Notes: generated from the letters alone by a model not told the origin. DNA of 64,000 bases from an uncultured Spirochaetota bacterium (GCA_963820525.1 CAWGAA010000003.1:448001-512000), one strand, 5' to 3'. Positions 30,070 to 39,106 are shown, counted from the first letter of the stretch. Numbers and translations are program-made.

Positions 30070-30566
30070 GCACCCCCCTCGTGAATGTGCTGCGCCCTGT
30101 ATTTGATTATCCTTCGAACCATCAGGGATATGCCTGCCAGTGAAACCGCCAGCCCAAAGACCATAAAGGGAACTCTGTATGCGGCCAGAAATACAGCCGC
30201 GCCGCTCAGCCCGAGAAAAGGCAGCAGGTCCGCCACGCGGTGGGCGCAGCACGCCACCATGACTGCCGTCGACATGCCTCCGCTCGCGCCGGTCATCGCT
30301 GCGCTTCCCCTCATGCGCACGCGGATAATCGCTCTCAGATAAGAGAAAAGACCCACCTGAGCTCCAAAGCCAGCCGTGATCGGTGCGATAAGAAACTTGT
30401 CCTGCCCGAGCAGCACCACCGCCTGGGTCCAGCCCTGCGCAAGTCCGACAATGACGAAGTAAACGGCAAGCATGGCCAGCGACGCGGCTAAACCCAGGGA
30501 AGCGGGGAGGCCCACCGTCCAAAATCGGCCTCCAAATCTTCCGTCAAATGACATAGTCCGGCTCAT
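30066..30566 (-). CDS. Hypothetical 4-TM membrane protein with ACCAH motif
   Basis: Hydrophobic segments; MVACCAHRV; coupled to the rhodanese gene; start uncertain. Confidence 0.7.
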   Translation of the reverse strand: MSRTMSFDGRFGGRFWTVGLPASLGLAASLAMLAVYFVIVGLAQGWTQAVVLLGQDKFLIAPITAGFGAQVGLFSYLRAIIRVRMRGSAAMTGASGGMSTAVMVACCAHRVADLLPFLGLSGAAVFLAAYRVPFMVFGLAVSLAGISLMVRRIIKYRAQHIHEGGA

Positions 30567-30756
30567 CGACGGAAAAGGGATAGCGGCTGATTGCTTCAAG
30601 CACGAAAGCCCTGATCCCGGGGTCTATTGCGGCGCTCGCTTTGCGGAAGCGCTCCGCCGCCGTGTCACGGGAAAACTCTCCATCCGCGACGTCCATGAAC
30701 CACCGGCGAAGGCCCTCTCCTGGTACCTGTCTCACGTTTCGGATCTCCGCCAGCAT
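30544..30756 (-). pseudogene. Short hypothetical gene, probably internally deleted
   Basis: MLAEIRNVRQVPGEGLRRWFMD joined to VADGEF..AERFRKASAAIDPGIRAFV; resembles both ends of a longer hypothetical family recalled from memory. Confidence 0.4.
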
Positions 30757-30806
30757 TCGCACCGCCTTCTCTCGCGGCTGCCGCGGCCCCTGGAATACAG
30801 TGGGCC

Positions 30807-30862
30807 TTGACCTTTCCGCGTGCTTCAAATATACATGAAGAATACCCCTGGGGGGTAGGGTG
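30807..30862 (+). promoter_or_regulatory. csoR promoter with degenerate operator 3
   Basis: TTGACC(30807)-17 bp-TATACA(30830), then TACCCCTGG-GG-GGTAGGGTG at 30843-30862. Confidence 0.7.
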
Positions 30863-30901
30863 GGTAGAAATGTTAAAAAACTTTAATCAGGGAGGTGCTT
30901 C

Positions 30902-31258
30902 GTGAAGAAAGGGAGCTCAGCGATGATGGAAGCGGGAAAGACTCTCCATGCTGACGGCGATAGGGAATCGCGCCACAGAAAGGGTCCCTCTCCCGCTAAT
31001 ACGGATGCCCTCCGAAGATTAAAAAACATCGAAGGACAAGTGCGGGGGCTCCAGCGAATGGTGGAGGAAGAAAAGTACTGCATTGACATCGTAACCCAGA
31101 TTTCAGCGGTCCGCGCCGCCTTGAACCAGGTGGGGCTGCTTGTTCTTCGCAGACACGTAGAGCACTGCGTCGTCGACGCGGTCAAGAACCCCGATCCGAT
31201 GGCGGGGAGCAAGATAATCGATGAAATGATGAAGGTCCTCGCGAGGGGCGAGTTGTAG
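30902..31258 (+). CDS. csoR: CsoR-family copper-sensing repressor
   Basis: RRLKNIEGQVRGLQRMVEEEKYCIDIVTQISAV..HVEHCV; Cys-His-Cys Cu(I) fingerprint. Confidence 0.92.
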   Translation: MKKGSSAMMEAGKTLHADGDRESRHRKGPSPANTDALRRLKNIEGQVRGLQRMVEEEKYCIDIVTQISAVRAALNQVGLLVLRRHVEHCVVDAVKNPDPMAGSKIIDEMMKVLARGEL

Positions 31259-31409
31259 GAAGGTGCGGGCCCGCGGACCCGCACCGGTTCGGTTTACGTC
31301 TTGCATGGGTCGCTCCGCAAGGGGCCGCGCACACTTCCTCACTGTCGAGGCACTGCATATCGAGCTTTGCATTGGGATAGCGCCCCCAAGGGGCTCGCGC
31401 TGCCGTTTC

Positions 31410-32081
31410 CTATCCCGCCGCTCCCTCGCTCTTGCGGGAGAATCGTGGTGAGAGGGCGCGCGGCCAGAATCCCGGGGTGGCCTTCCGATAGCGGGCGTAG
31501 TCCTCACCGAACTCCTTCAGGGCGTCCTTCTCCTCCCGGTGCGCGAGACGCAGGTACATGGCCACGAGGATGGGGAACATGATAAGGGTGGGTATCGTGG
31601 GCCACTGGATGAGAAACCCCAGCATAATGATGATGAATCCAAGGTATTGGGGATGACGCATTTGCGAGTAGGGCCCTGTCGTCGCGATGGCGTGGGCTTG
31701 CTGTGCCCGATAGAGGAAGCCCCAGGCGCCGCCGATGAGGAGAAACCCACCCCCGATCGCTATATCGCTCAGCCAGTGAATGGGATTGGCGTGAGGGTTG
31801 CCGGTGAAACCAAGGAGCGCCTGCCAGAGGTGACCGTTGTTGTGCGTGAGAACCCCCAGGGCCGGATAGCGGCTCCCCAACCACCCAGAGAGCAGATAAA
31901 CCGTGAGCGGAAAGCCGTACATCTCGGTGAACAGCGCCGCAAGAAAGGCGGAAAAAGCCCCGAAGGAGCGCCAGTCCCTGCGACTCCGCGGGCGGGTGAA
32001 GCTGAACGCGAAGATGACGAATATCGCCGTGTTCAGGATCACCAGGGGCCACAGTCCGAAGGAGGGGGGATTGTCATTCAT
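31410..32081 (-). CDS. Isoprenylcysteine carboxyl methyltransferase (ICMT/PEMT) family membrane protein
   Basis: FTEMYGFPLT; TTGPYSQMRHPQY; REE..FGEDY..Y. Confidence 0.9.
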   Translation of the reverse strand: MNDNPPSFGLWPLVILNTAIFVIFAFSFTRPRSRRDWRSFGAFSAFLAALFTEMYGFPLTVYLLSGWLGSRYPALGVLTHNNGHLWQALLGFTGNPHANPIHWLSDIAIGGGFLLIGGAWGFLYRAQQAHAIATTGPYSQMRHPQYLGFIIIMLGFLIQWPTIPTLIMFPILVAMYLRLAHREEKDALKEFGEDYARYRKATPGFWPRALSPRFSRKSEGAAG

Positions 32082-32437
32082 GAAACGCCTCCCGGTGGGA
32101 CATCCCCGCCGCCGCGCCCCGAGTCATCTGCTCTATCCCGAAGGCGTCCCATATTGTCCTCAGCCAATTTATCGCTCCTGCTCCGGTGGTCGCGACGCCG
32201 GATTCCTCCGAACCACAAGTACATGAGGATGGCCAGAAGCACCGCAGCGGCGAGAAGAAAGTACGGCAGCGCTCCAAAGAGGTGCGCTCGGTGCTCGGTT
32301 ACGAGATAGAATGCAGCGATGACGAGGAACGCGGCCAGTGCTCCGCTGATTCGTGACTGGAAATTGCGACGGGAGCGCGGCACTTCCCCGTCGTGGTCCG
32401 CTGCCTGTCTTTCATCCGGATCCGATCTGCCTGTCAA
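32078..32437 (-). CDS. DUF2933-like membrane protein
   Basis: FLVIAAFYLVTEHRAHLFGALPY motif; ATGA overlap with the ICMT gene; start uncertain. Confidence 0.7.
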   Translation of the reverse strand: MTGRSDPDERQAADHDGEVPRSRRNFQSRISGALAAFLVIAAFYLVTEHRAHLFGALPYFLLAAAVLLAILMYLWFGGIRRRDHRSRSDKLAEDNMGRLRDRADDSGRGGGDVPPGGVS

Positions 32438-32440
32438 GGG

Positions 32441-32740
32441 TTACTCCTTCGGCCGGTCGCGGCGTGAGCTTCCACCAGCGCCAATGTTGTAGATTGCCGC
32501 GATCGCGGCACCGATCAACCACCCAAGGATGAATACCTCCGCTGCACCCATGAGCGCTTCCCACCAGGGAACGTTCATGCGGATGAGGGGCGAGACATCC
32601 AATCCGTGCAGGAGGCTATTGAGGAACAGGACGATCCCCTCACGACCCAGGACGGCCATCACGAGGGCGCAGCCCAGATACACGATCACCGCGGTCACAC
32701 CGACCGCGAGGCCCAGTTTCTTCGGCTTAATGGTGCCCAT
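32441..32740 (-). CDS. Small membrane protein (DUF5676-like)
   Basis: Start MGTIKPKK with GGAGG RBS; TM helices; GWLIGAAIAAIYN. Confidence 0.65.
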   Translation of the reverse strand: MGTIKPKKLGLAVGVTAVIVYLGCALVMAVLGREGIVLFLNSLLHGLDVSPLIRMNVPWWEALMGAAEVFILGWLIGAAIAAIYNIGAGGSSRRDRPKE

Positions 32741-32954
32741 GGTGTGCCTCCTTTGAATCTCCGCCATTCTCATGACCCTCGTGGTCCTCGCCTTCTCCTC
32801 GATGTCTGCCCATCATGAACAGGTGCAGCACGAACATCCCCACGAGCCCCGCCAGGAGCGGCCATGAGCCCTTGATCCCGATGAGGGGAAGAACGAAGAC
32901 GAGGATCAGCGGCGCGACGCATCCGATGACCATCCAGAACATGTGTCTGTTCAT
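32727..32954 (-). CDS. Small His-tailed membrane protein
   Basis: MNRHMFWMVIGC..LHLFMMGRH..DHEGHE..HHGHH; GGAGGAG RBS. Confidence 0.75.
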   Translation of the reverse strand: MNRHMFWMVIGCVAPLILVFVLPLIGIKGSWPLLAGLVGMFVLHLFMMGRHRGEGEDHEGHENGGDSKEAHHGHH

Positions 32955-33126
32955 ATATTCTCCTCCAGTACGGCGACTCCCTTGTAGAGTGCAGCGCCGA
33001 GCAGAAGCGTCCAGGAGAAACCGACGGAGATCTTGTCCGTCGTTTGCACGAAGCTCCCGCCCTTGCCCACGTCCCTGTTCATCGCGATCCTTCCCCAGCG
33101 CTTCACGGGGAAACGCCAGGATATAC

Positions 33127-33184
33127 CACCCCACCGGGGTAGGGTGCATGGAAAGAATGTAGTTCCCACTTCGGGAATGGTCAA
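33127..33184 (-). promoter_or_regulatory. Sigma70 promoter with putative CsoR operator 4
   Basis: Minus-strand TTGACC-17 bp-TACATT (33184-33156); palindrome CACCCCACC-GG-GGTAGGGTG at 33127-33146. Confidence 0.8.
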
Positions 33185-33374
33185 CTCCTTTCCGCATAAA
33201 AGGGAGACGGAAAGAGGTTATACCTGACCTGAAAAAGATGAAGCACGATATGAAAAGTAAAGGATATATTCAGGTGAGCGCTTCGGTTTCCAAAGTCGGG
33301 AAACCGGTAGTTATTGCGGACTGGTGAACGAGCGACCGTTTCGCACGGCGCGCATAGGGATCGAGGGTACCCCC

Positions 33375-34625
33375 ATGGGGAAAGGTAAGGTGTCGAGTTC
33401 GTCTTCGGGAAGTTTGCCCATCCTCTTCGTCTGTCTATTCGTGGTGATGATTGGGTTCGGCATCACCATGCCCGTCGTTCCTTTTTTCACAGAACGCCTG
33501 GCACAATCCGCAGGAACTTCAGCGAAAAACATACCACTGCACGTCGGCCTCCTCACGGGGGTCTATGCTCTCATGCAGTTCCTCCTGGCACCGCTCTGGG
33601 GACGGCTCTCCGATCGATTGGGGCGAAAACGGATGCTTCTCATCGGCATCGCCGGTTCCGCCGCCGCCCAGATCCTATTCGGCATTTCCACCTCGCTTTG
33701 GCTGCTGTACGCGGCACGCGCGCTCGGCGGGACGCTCTCGGCCGCGACACTACCGGCGGCATCGGCTCAGGTGGCCGATGTGACGGAAGTCAACAGGAGA
33801 GCGCGGGGAATGGCATGGTTACGAACCGCGATGGGGCTCGGCAGCATCGCCGGTCTCGTTCTCGGAGCGCTGGCCATGAAAAAAGACCTTCACCTCAGCT
33901 GGCGTCGCGGTCATTTTCTGGTCGACAGCTTCTCGACCCCCTTTTTTCTGGCGGCGGTGCTGATGCTCCTCGCGCTGGGAATTACGGTTCTGTTCCTCGC
34001 GGATTCGACACCTCGGCCTCCGGCGCTCGACGACAGGCGCGGAGGGTTGGCTCGTAGTCGGATGGCAGACGGTGCGCTCCGCTTCGCCCTCGGGCTGGAG
34101 GCCGGCGGGCAATTTGGCCTAGCCGTCTTCGAAGGTACTTTCGCGCTCTATGCCCAGAAGCGTTTATCTTACGGGCCCGCTCAGGTGAGCCTCGTTTTCA
34201 TGGTGTGCGGACTGGTCATGTCAGCTTTTCAATACATCGCCGTGCGTTTTCTCTCGCAGGTGTTGCGCCCTCTTCACCAGATCGCTGCAGGGTTCTTCCT
34301 GATGGGGGCTGGACTGCTGGCGCTTCAGCTCATGAAGACGACGCCCCAGGTATTGCTTGCCGTCGGCGTCATCGCATTGGGAATGGCTATTGTGTCGCCG
34401 ACGCTTTCAGCGTTGATATCGAAGCTGGCGGGAAACCGGCAAGGGGAGAGTTTTGGCATGCAGAGCTCAGCAGAAAGCGCAGGGCAAGTCATCGGCCCGT
34501 TGATCGGGGGTATCCTCTTCTCCTGGTATGCGCAGCTTCCCTACATGGTAGCCGGTTTTTCCCTCATCGGCATTGGCGCACTGACGGCATACAAGCGCTC
34601 GTCGGCGGATAGGAAAAAATCCTGA
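33375..34625 (+). CDS. MFS transporter (TetA/DHA1-like)
   Basis: About 12 TM segments; WGRLSDRLGRK motif A; GQVIGPLIGG. Confidence 0.9.
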   Translation: MGKGKVSSSSSGSLPILFVCLFVVMIGFGITMPVVPFFTERLAQSAGTSAKNIPLHVGLLTGVYALMQFLLAPLWGRLSDRLGRKRMLLIGIAGSAAAQILFGISTSLWLLYAARALGGTLSAATLPAASAQVADVTEVNRRARGMAWLRTAMGLGSIAGLVLGALAMKKDLHLSWRRGHFLVDSFSTPFFLAAVLMLLALGITVLFLADSTPRPPALDDRRGGLARSRMADGALRFALGLEAGGQFGLAVFEGTFALYAQKRLSYGPAQVSLVFMVCGLVMSAFQYIAVRFLSQVLRPLHQIAAGFFLMGAGLLALQLMKTTPQVLLAVGVIALGMAIVSPTLSALISKLAGNRQGESFGMQSSAESAGQVIGPLIGGILFSWYAQLPYMVAGFSLIGIGALTAYKRSSADRKKS

Positions 34626-34805
34626 GCGCTTTCAGCGCAGACGCCGGGCGTTGTTCTTGATCGGGGCCGCTCTTCAGGCGTGCGGCACTCCTATGCGGCA
34701 GTCCGATGCCAATCCGACCACTGAAAACGTAGAGCTGGAGGGCACACGGCCGGAAGCCGCGTGTCGAAACCCTCCTCTCAATCCAGTCAATACGGTGGGA
34801 GATAC

Positions 34806-34868
34806 TTGACGAATTGGTGCACTGGGGATACATTGTATCTGATACCCCACCGGGGTGGGGTATCAGAT
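34806..34868 (+). promoter_or_regulatory. Sigma70 promoter with putative CsoR operator 5 (perfect 15-bp arms)
   Basis: TTGACG(34806)-17 bp-TACATT(34829), then ATCTGATACCCCACC-GG-GGTGGGGTATCAGAT at 34837-34868. Confidence 0.88.
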
Positions 34869-34891
34869 CATTTCACCGAGGGGCACTACCG

Positions 34892-35347
34892 ATGATGGGT
34901 CCCGCTTTTGTTCCTGCCCTGCGCTTCCGCTGGCTCACTCCCGTGTTCGACCCGTTCATGGCAATCGCTCTTCCCGACCTGCGGATCAAACGCGATCTGG
35001 CCGAAGCCCTGCAGCCGGCTGACTCGCGCAGCATCCTCGACTTGCCCCTCCTGGAAATTAAGAGAGTACTGAGACCGGGCGGCACGTTTTACACCGCCGA
35101 CTTCGATCGAGCGAGAAACCCCATTCTCCGGCTGGTTTTCAAGGCTGTGCGACTTCTGGACGGCCGAAGGAACACACGAACGAACGCGAAAGGCCTTCTT
35201 CCGAAACTGATGGAAGAGGCGGGATTCACGAGCGTTGGAGAGGCTGCCCGCTACGCAACGATGCTTGGCGAGGTTTCGACCTTCGAGGCGAAAAAGGCGC
35301 TCCCAATCGATCGATCGGGACACCTCGACACAAAGGAGGATAGGTGA
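34892..35347 (+). pseudogene. Class I SAM methyltransferase with in-frame internal deletion
   Basis: ILDL is joined directly to PLLEIKRVLRPGG; the GxGxG motif and central region are missing. Confidence 0.75.
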
Positions 35348-35438
35348 TTCGGTCCTATTATTCGGCTCCCCTCGTCTTGACTGGTGTACGATGAAAATGA
35401 GGTGATGTCCGCAGCTATTGCGGGAATCGGTTTTTCAA

Positions 35439-36455
35439 ATGGAACAGGTATTTCAGCGCGATCAACGGTTCGACGTCTACGACATCCTGGTGGTGGGGGC
35501 AGGCCCCGCGGGCCTTACCGCTGCCATATTCGCGCACAACAAGGGGATGAGAGTCATCGTCGTTGAGGGGCTAGAAGCAGGGGGTCAGATGCGCGCGCTC
35601 TACCCCTACAAGCCTGTATACAACTACCCCGGGAACTCCAAAGTCCGGGCAGGTGAGCTCGTGGACAAGATTATCGCGCAGGTTCGAGAGAACGACATAC
35701 AGATACTGGAAAGAGCCCCGGTGCGGAACATCATCCGGCGCGAAGACGGTGACTTCTCCGTCGTCCTGGATGACACGGAGATCATTTCACGAACCATCAT
35801 CCTCGCCTGCGGTATGGGTCTCTTCGATCCTCGCCGTCTGGGGGCTTCCGGGGAGGAACTCCTGAGAGACAGTTCGGTTTTCTACACTCTGAACGATCTT
35901 CCCCAGTGGCAGGGCAAGCGGATCGCCGTCATCGGTGGAGGCAACAGCGCTGTGGATAATGCGCTCTTTCTCCTTGAGCAAGGGGCACATGTGGCGGTCA
36001 TCCATAAGCTGGTGGATTTTCAAGCCGAGGCTGGCAACGTGGCGAAGCTGCGTGAGCGATGCTCGATGGTGTTTCTTGGATGGAATGTCACGGAGTTCTC
36101 CGGAAGAGGGCCAGGAGATTGCAGCGTCGACGTCGTTATCGAACACTCTATTACAAGGGAGAGACAGATCATCCCTGTCCATCGGGTCCTGATCAACATC
36201 GGTATTCGACCAAGCAGTGAGCTGATCGAAAGGCTTTCGTGCTCCCGCGAGAACCAGATGGTGCGTGTCGATACTGAAATGCAGACATCTATTCATGGAA
36301 TCTTCGCATGCGGGGACACGGTGTCTTATCCCGGTAAGACCAGACTCATCGTCACCGCGCTCGGAGAAGCTGCGACGGCTGTAAACAGCGTGGAGCGGTA
36401 TCTCAAGGCGGAATCGAAATCAAGGGTGATTGAACATGAAAAAACGGGAATATGA
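35439..36455 (+). CDS. Thioredoxin-reductase-fold ferredoxin-NADP+ reductase-like flavoprotein
   Basis: GAGPAGL, GGQMRALYPYKPVY, GGGNSAVD and GIFACGD..YPGK; no CxxC. Confidence 0.85.
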   Translation: MEQVFQRDQRFDVYDILVVGAGPAGLTAAIFAHNKGMRVIVVEGLEAGGQMRALYPYKPVYNYPGNSKVRAGELVDKIIAQVRENDIQILERAPVRNIIRREDGDFSVVLDDTEIISRTIILACGMGLFDPRRLGASGEELLRDSSVFYTLNDLPQWQGKRIAVIGGGNSAVDNALFLLEQGAHVAVIHKLVDFQAEAGNVAKLRERCSMVFLGWNVTEFSGRGPGDCSVDVVIEHSITRERQIIPVHRVLINIGIRPSSELIERLSCSRENQMVRVDTEMQTSIHGIFACGDTVSYPGKTRLIVTALGEAATAVNSVERYLKAESKSRVIEHEKTGI

Positions 36456-37155
36456 TCTCATGAAGGCGATCTTTGTCTTTTTCCCTCCGCGGCAGCTCGG
36501 CGCAAGAATCGCGCGCAAGTTTTCCGAAATGGGATATGGCATCTTTCTCTTCCTCCTTCAAGATGAGGATGAGAACTTTTTCTCACACCTGAGGGTGCCG
36601 AACAGACAGAACATCATTCCGATCAAAGTGTTCACGCCTCTCGCCCGCTTCTGGGAAGGTGTTGATCCCGCACTGAAAAACGCGATCCTTCACGCTCGAG
36701 CCGTCATTAATTTCATAGGTGCGGATTTTTCCAAGTTGAAGGTAACCGGTCACGGCGAAGATTGGAACATCGATGTCTCAGATCCCACGCAGGTCAGGTT
36801 TTCGTTCCTGGAGATTTTTTTGAGCAATGCCGAAATAAAGGAGCGGTCCCTCTGGTTCAACCTGGGAACGGGCAGGCATGTGAAGAATTCGACCGGAGAG
36901 ATCTTCTGCAACACAAAATACGGAATGACAGGATTCGCGAAGGCTTTCGAGCTTACGCCCCGGCTGAGGAATCTCGAGATCATCAGCGTCTGCCTCACCT
37001 ACCTCAGCAGGGATAGGACCGGATCCGGCTCTTCTCATTGCACGCATTGCATTACCGAGGAACTTGTGGACGGGGGAAAACGCTTAACGAGCGAGCGGGA
37101 AATCCCCGATTTCCTGCTGAACCGGATCGAGGAATTGTGGATGAAAAAGTCGTAG
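36436..37155 (+). CDS. Hypothetical protein, degenerate SDR-like
   Basis: LGARIARKFSEMGY and FCNTKYGMTGFAKAF resemble SDR segments; overlaps the FNR stop. Confidence 0.5.
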   Translation: MKKREYDLMKAIFVFFPPRQLGARIARKFSEMGYGIFLFLLQDEDENFFSHLRVPNRQNIIPIKVFTPLARFWEGVDPALKNAILHARAVINFIGADFSKLKVTGHGEDWNIDVSDPTQVRFSFLEIFLSNAEIKERSLWFNLGTGRHVKNSTGEIFCNTKYGMTGFAKAFELTPRLRNLEIISVCLTYLSRDRTGSGSSHCTHCITEELVDGGKRLTSEREIPDFLLNRIEELWMKKS

Positions 37156-37246
37156 TACTCGCGCGGAGTCGAGCAATCCCATTCATCAAGTTTGCACCTC
37201 CATCACGGGGAACCCCCGGCATTTTTTACGACGTTTCGCCTCAAAA

Positions 37247-37999
37247 CTACGGCTTTTCCCCCGTCTCTATCCCCAGTTCAGCCTTGATCCGCTGCCAGAA
37301 GGTACCCTCGTCGATTTCGCCTTTAATAAAGAAGGAGATGAGCTGGCGCATGCGGGGAGAGAACATCTCCCAGTACTTCTTGTGCCAGTCCTGGATCTCG
37401 TCGTTCAGCCGTATCTGCTCGGAGATGCTCATGGTGTGGGTGCTATAGGAAATGAACTGCGTGATCATGGTGGCAAGGGCCGCCGTGGGGAGACGCGCGC
37501 TGCGACCGGCCGCGGGCGGACGCCTTTCCTGCCCGCCGCCCGGCGCCGGGGCTGGCCCCTCCGGCTTCGCCTGGCCGGGGGCGGATCCCGGAGCTTGGGA
37601 GCCTGTGCCGGACATCGGCGCCAGACCGCCCGCTCGCTCTGCGGCACCCCGGGGGGATTCCTCGCCTGCCGCGGGCGTGGACTCTTCGGTCTCCCCCGGC
37701 ATAAGGCTTTCAAGAAGCTTCTGCACCTGGGTATCGGTAAGCTCGGGCGCGTCCTTCCTGATGATCTCGGTGACGAAGCCCCGCACCGTTTGCCTGATCT
37801 GGTCCAGCGAGAACCCGACCTGCTTCTTGATCTTCGCCGCGGTCAGCCTGGCCATCCGAGCGGGGTTGATGCCGGCCGCCCCTTTCGCCTCACCGCCCTC
37901 CACCCGCCTCTTCAGGGCAGCCTGGATCACCTCCAGATCGTTCTCGGTGGCCTGGTTGAGGATGAAATCCACGACATCGTAGAGAAAATCGCCCTTCAT
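37247..37999 (-). CDS. Hypothetical protein with central Pro/Ala/Gly linker
   Basis: 250-aa ORF with host-like codon usage, downstream of the FAH gene. Confidence 0.75.
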   Translation of the reverse strand: MKGDFLYDVVDFILNQATENDLEVIQAALKRRVEGGEAKGAAGINPARMARLTAAKIKKQVGFSLDQIRQTVRGFVTEIIRKDAPELTDTQVQKLLESLMPGETEESTPAAGEESPRGAAERAGGLAPMSGTGSQAPGSAPGQAKPEGPAPAPGGGQERRPPAAGRSARLPTAALATMITQFISYSTHTMSISEQIRLNDEIQDWHKKYWEMFSPRMRQLISFFIKGEIDEGTFWQRIKAELGIETGEKP

Positions 38000-38017
38000 A
38001 TCCGCAGACGGACCCCG

Positions 38018-38812
38018 TCAACCCTCGCGTCTTACCGGGTTGGATAGAACGCCAATGCCCTCGATCTCGACTTCCACCGTGTCTCCCTCGTGAAGCTCGG
38101 CGGGATCGCCCGAGGTGCCCGTGAAGATGAGGTCTCCCGGCTCAAGGGTTACGGAAGCCGAGATCCATTCGATGAGCTCGGGAATGCCGAAAATGAGGTC
38201 ACGCGTCGTGCACCTCTGGACTTCCCGGCCATTGATGCGCGCCCTTACATCGGCGTTCGCGCCGTCGAAGTCCGTGACGATAGCCGGTCCCAAGGGCGCG
38301 AAAGTGTCGGAGGACTTGGCGCGCCACCAGTTGAGGTCATGCTTCTGCCACTCGCGCGCGCTCACGTCATTGCCGCAGGTGCAGCCGAATACATAGGAAA
38401 GGGCATCTGCCCGGGGCACATTCCTGCAGCGCCTGCCCATCACCACCACGAGCTCCGCCTCCTCGTCGATACGCCCCGCAGCTCCAGAGCGCGGAAGCAC
38501 GATCGGGTCACCCGGGCCGATTACCGAGCTCGGCACTTTAAGGAAAATCAGCGGCTCGTAGGGCGGGGGCTTCACCCCGAGATGGTCGCGAAAGTTGTAG
38601 GCAAGGGCGAAAATCTTGGACGGCAGGCACGGAGCCAGGAGCTTCACGGCGGAGAGAGGGAAGCTCCTCCCCGTTCGACGTGCGGCCTGGAATGGCGCCT
38701 CGGAGATCTCCCGGACCGTTTCGCCTTCCACTATTCCGTAGGCTTCATGGGTGTCTGCCTGGAAGCGGATGTACCTCAATGCCGTTGCCCCTTGGGGTGA
38801 AGTATACGGCAC
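38018..38812 (-). CDS. Fumarylacetoacetate hydrolase family protein
   Basis: EAELVVVMG, NDVSAREWQ, RAKSSDTFAPLGP and PGDLIFTGT; start may be ~38779. Confidence 0.93.
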   Translation of the reverse strand: MPYTSPQGATALRYIRFQADTHEAYGIVEGETVREISEAPFQAARRTGRSFPLSAVKLLAPCLPSKIFALAYNFRDHLGVKPPPYEPLIFLKVPSSVIGPGDPIVLPRSGAAGRIDEEAELVVVMGRRCRNVPRADALSYVFGCTCGNDVSAREWQKHDLNWWRAKSSDTFAPLGPAIVTDFDGANADVRARINGREVQRCTTRDLIFGIPELIEWISASVTLEPGDLIFTGTSGDPAELHEGDTVEVEIEGIGVLSNPVRREG

Positions 38813-38827
38813 GCGGGCACGGATAAG

Positions 38828-39106
38828 CTATGGGCTGGGGGCGTTGGTAAGAATCCCCCCGATGGCCTGGGCGTTCATGACCACCGCGACAATCGACACG
38901 ATGCCCGCTATCCACAGGAGCACCGCAAAGATCTTGATGCAGACCGAAAACACCTTGATCATCCCATAGGAGCTGCCGTGAGAAGGGCCCCTGCGCGTGT
39001 TGACGGCGATCTCCCGAACGGCCAGGGGCACTTCGGAGGATGCCCAGACAAGAAGCCCGACGAGGCCGAATATGAGGAACAGGGACTGAGAGACCAGGAA
39101 TTCCAT
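38828..39106 (-). CDS. Small hypothetical membrane protein
   Basis: Two TM segments; GGAGG RBS. Confidence 0.7.
   Translation of the reverse strand: MEFLVSQSLFLIFGLVGLLVWASSEVPLAVREIAVNTRRGPSHGSSYGMIKVFSVCIKIFAVLLWIAGIVSIVAVVMNAQAIGGILTNAPSP

Noticed and set aside
29293..30522. 409-aa ORF as a single gene
   Set aside because: The first ~150 codons overlap the CCAH membrane gene; the signal peptide starts at 30069.
33366..33387. Sixth CsoR-like site (TACCCCCATGGGG) at the MFS start
   Set aside because: Arm length and spacing do not fit the 9-2-9 pattern of the other five sites.
17830..37200. Calling the metal island a mobile element
   Set aside because: No transposase, integrase, terminal repeats or att sites were found; only gene content and composition suggest horizontal origin.
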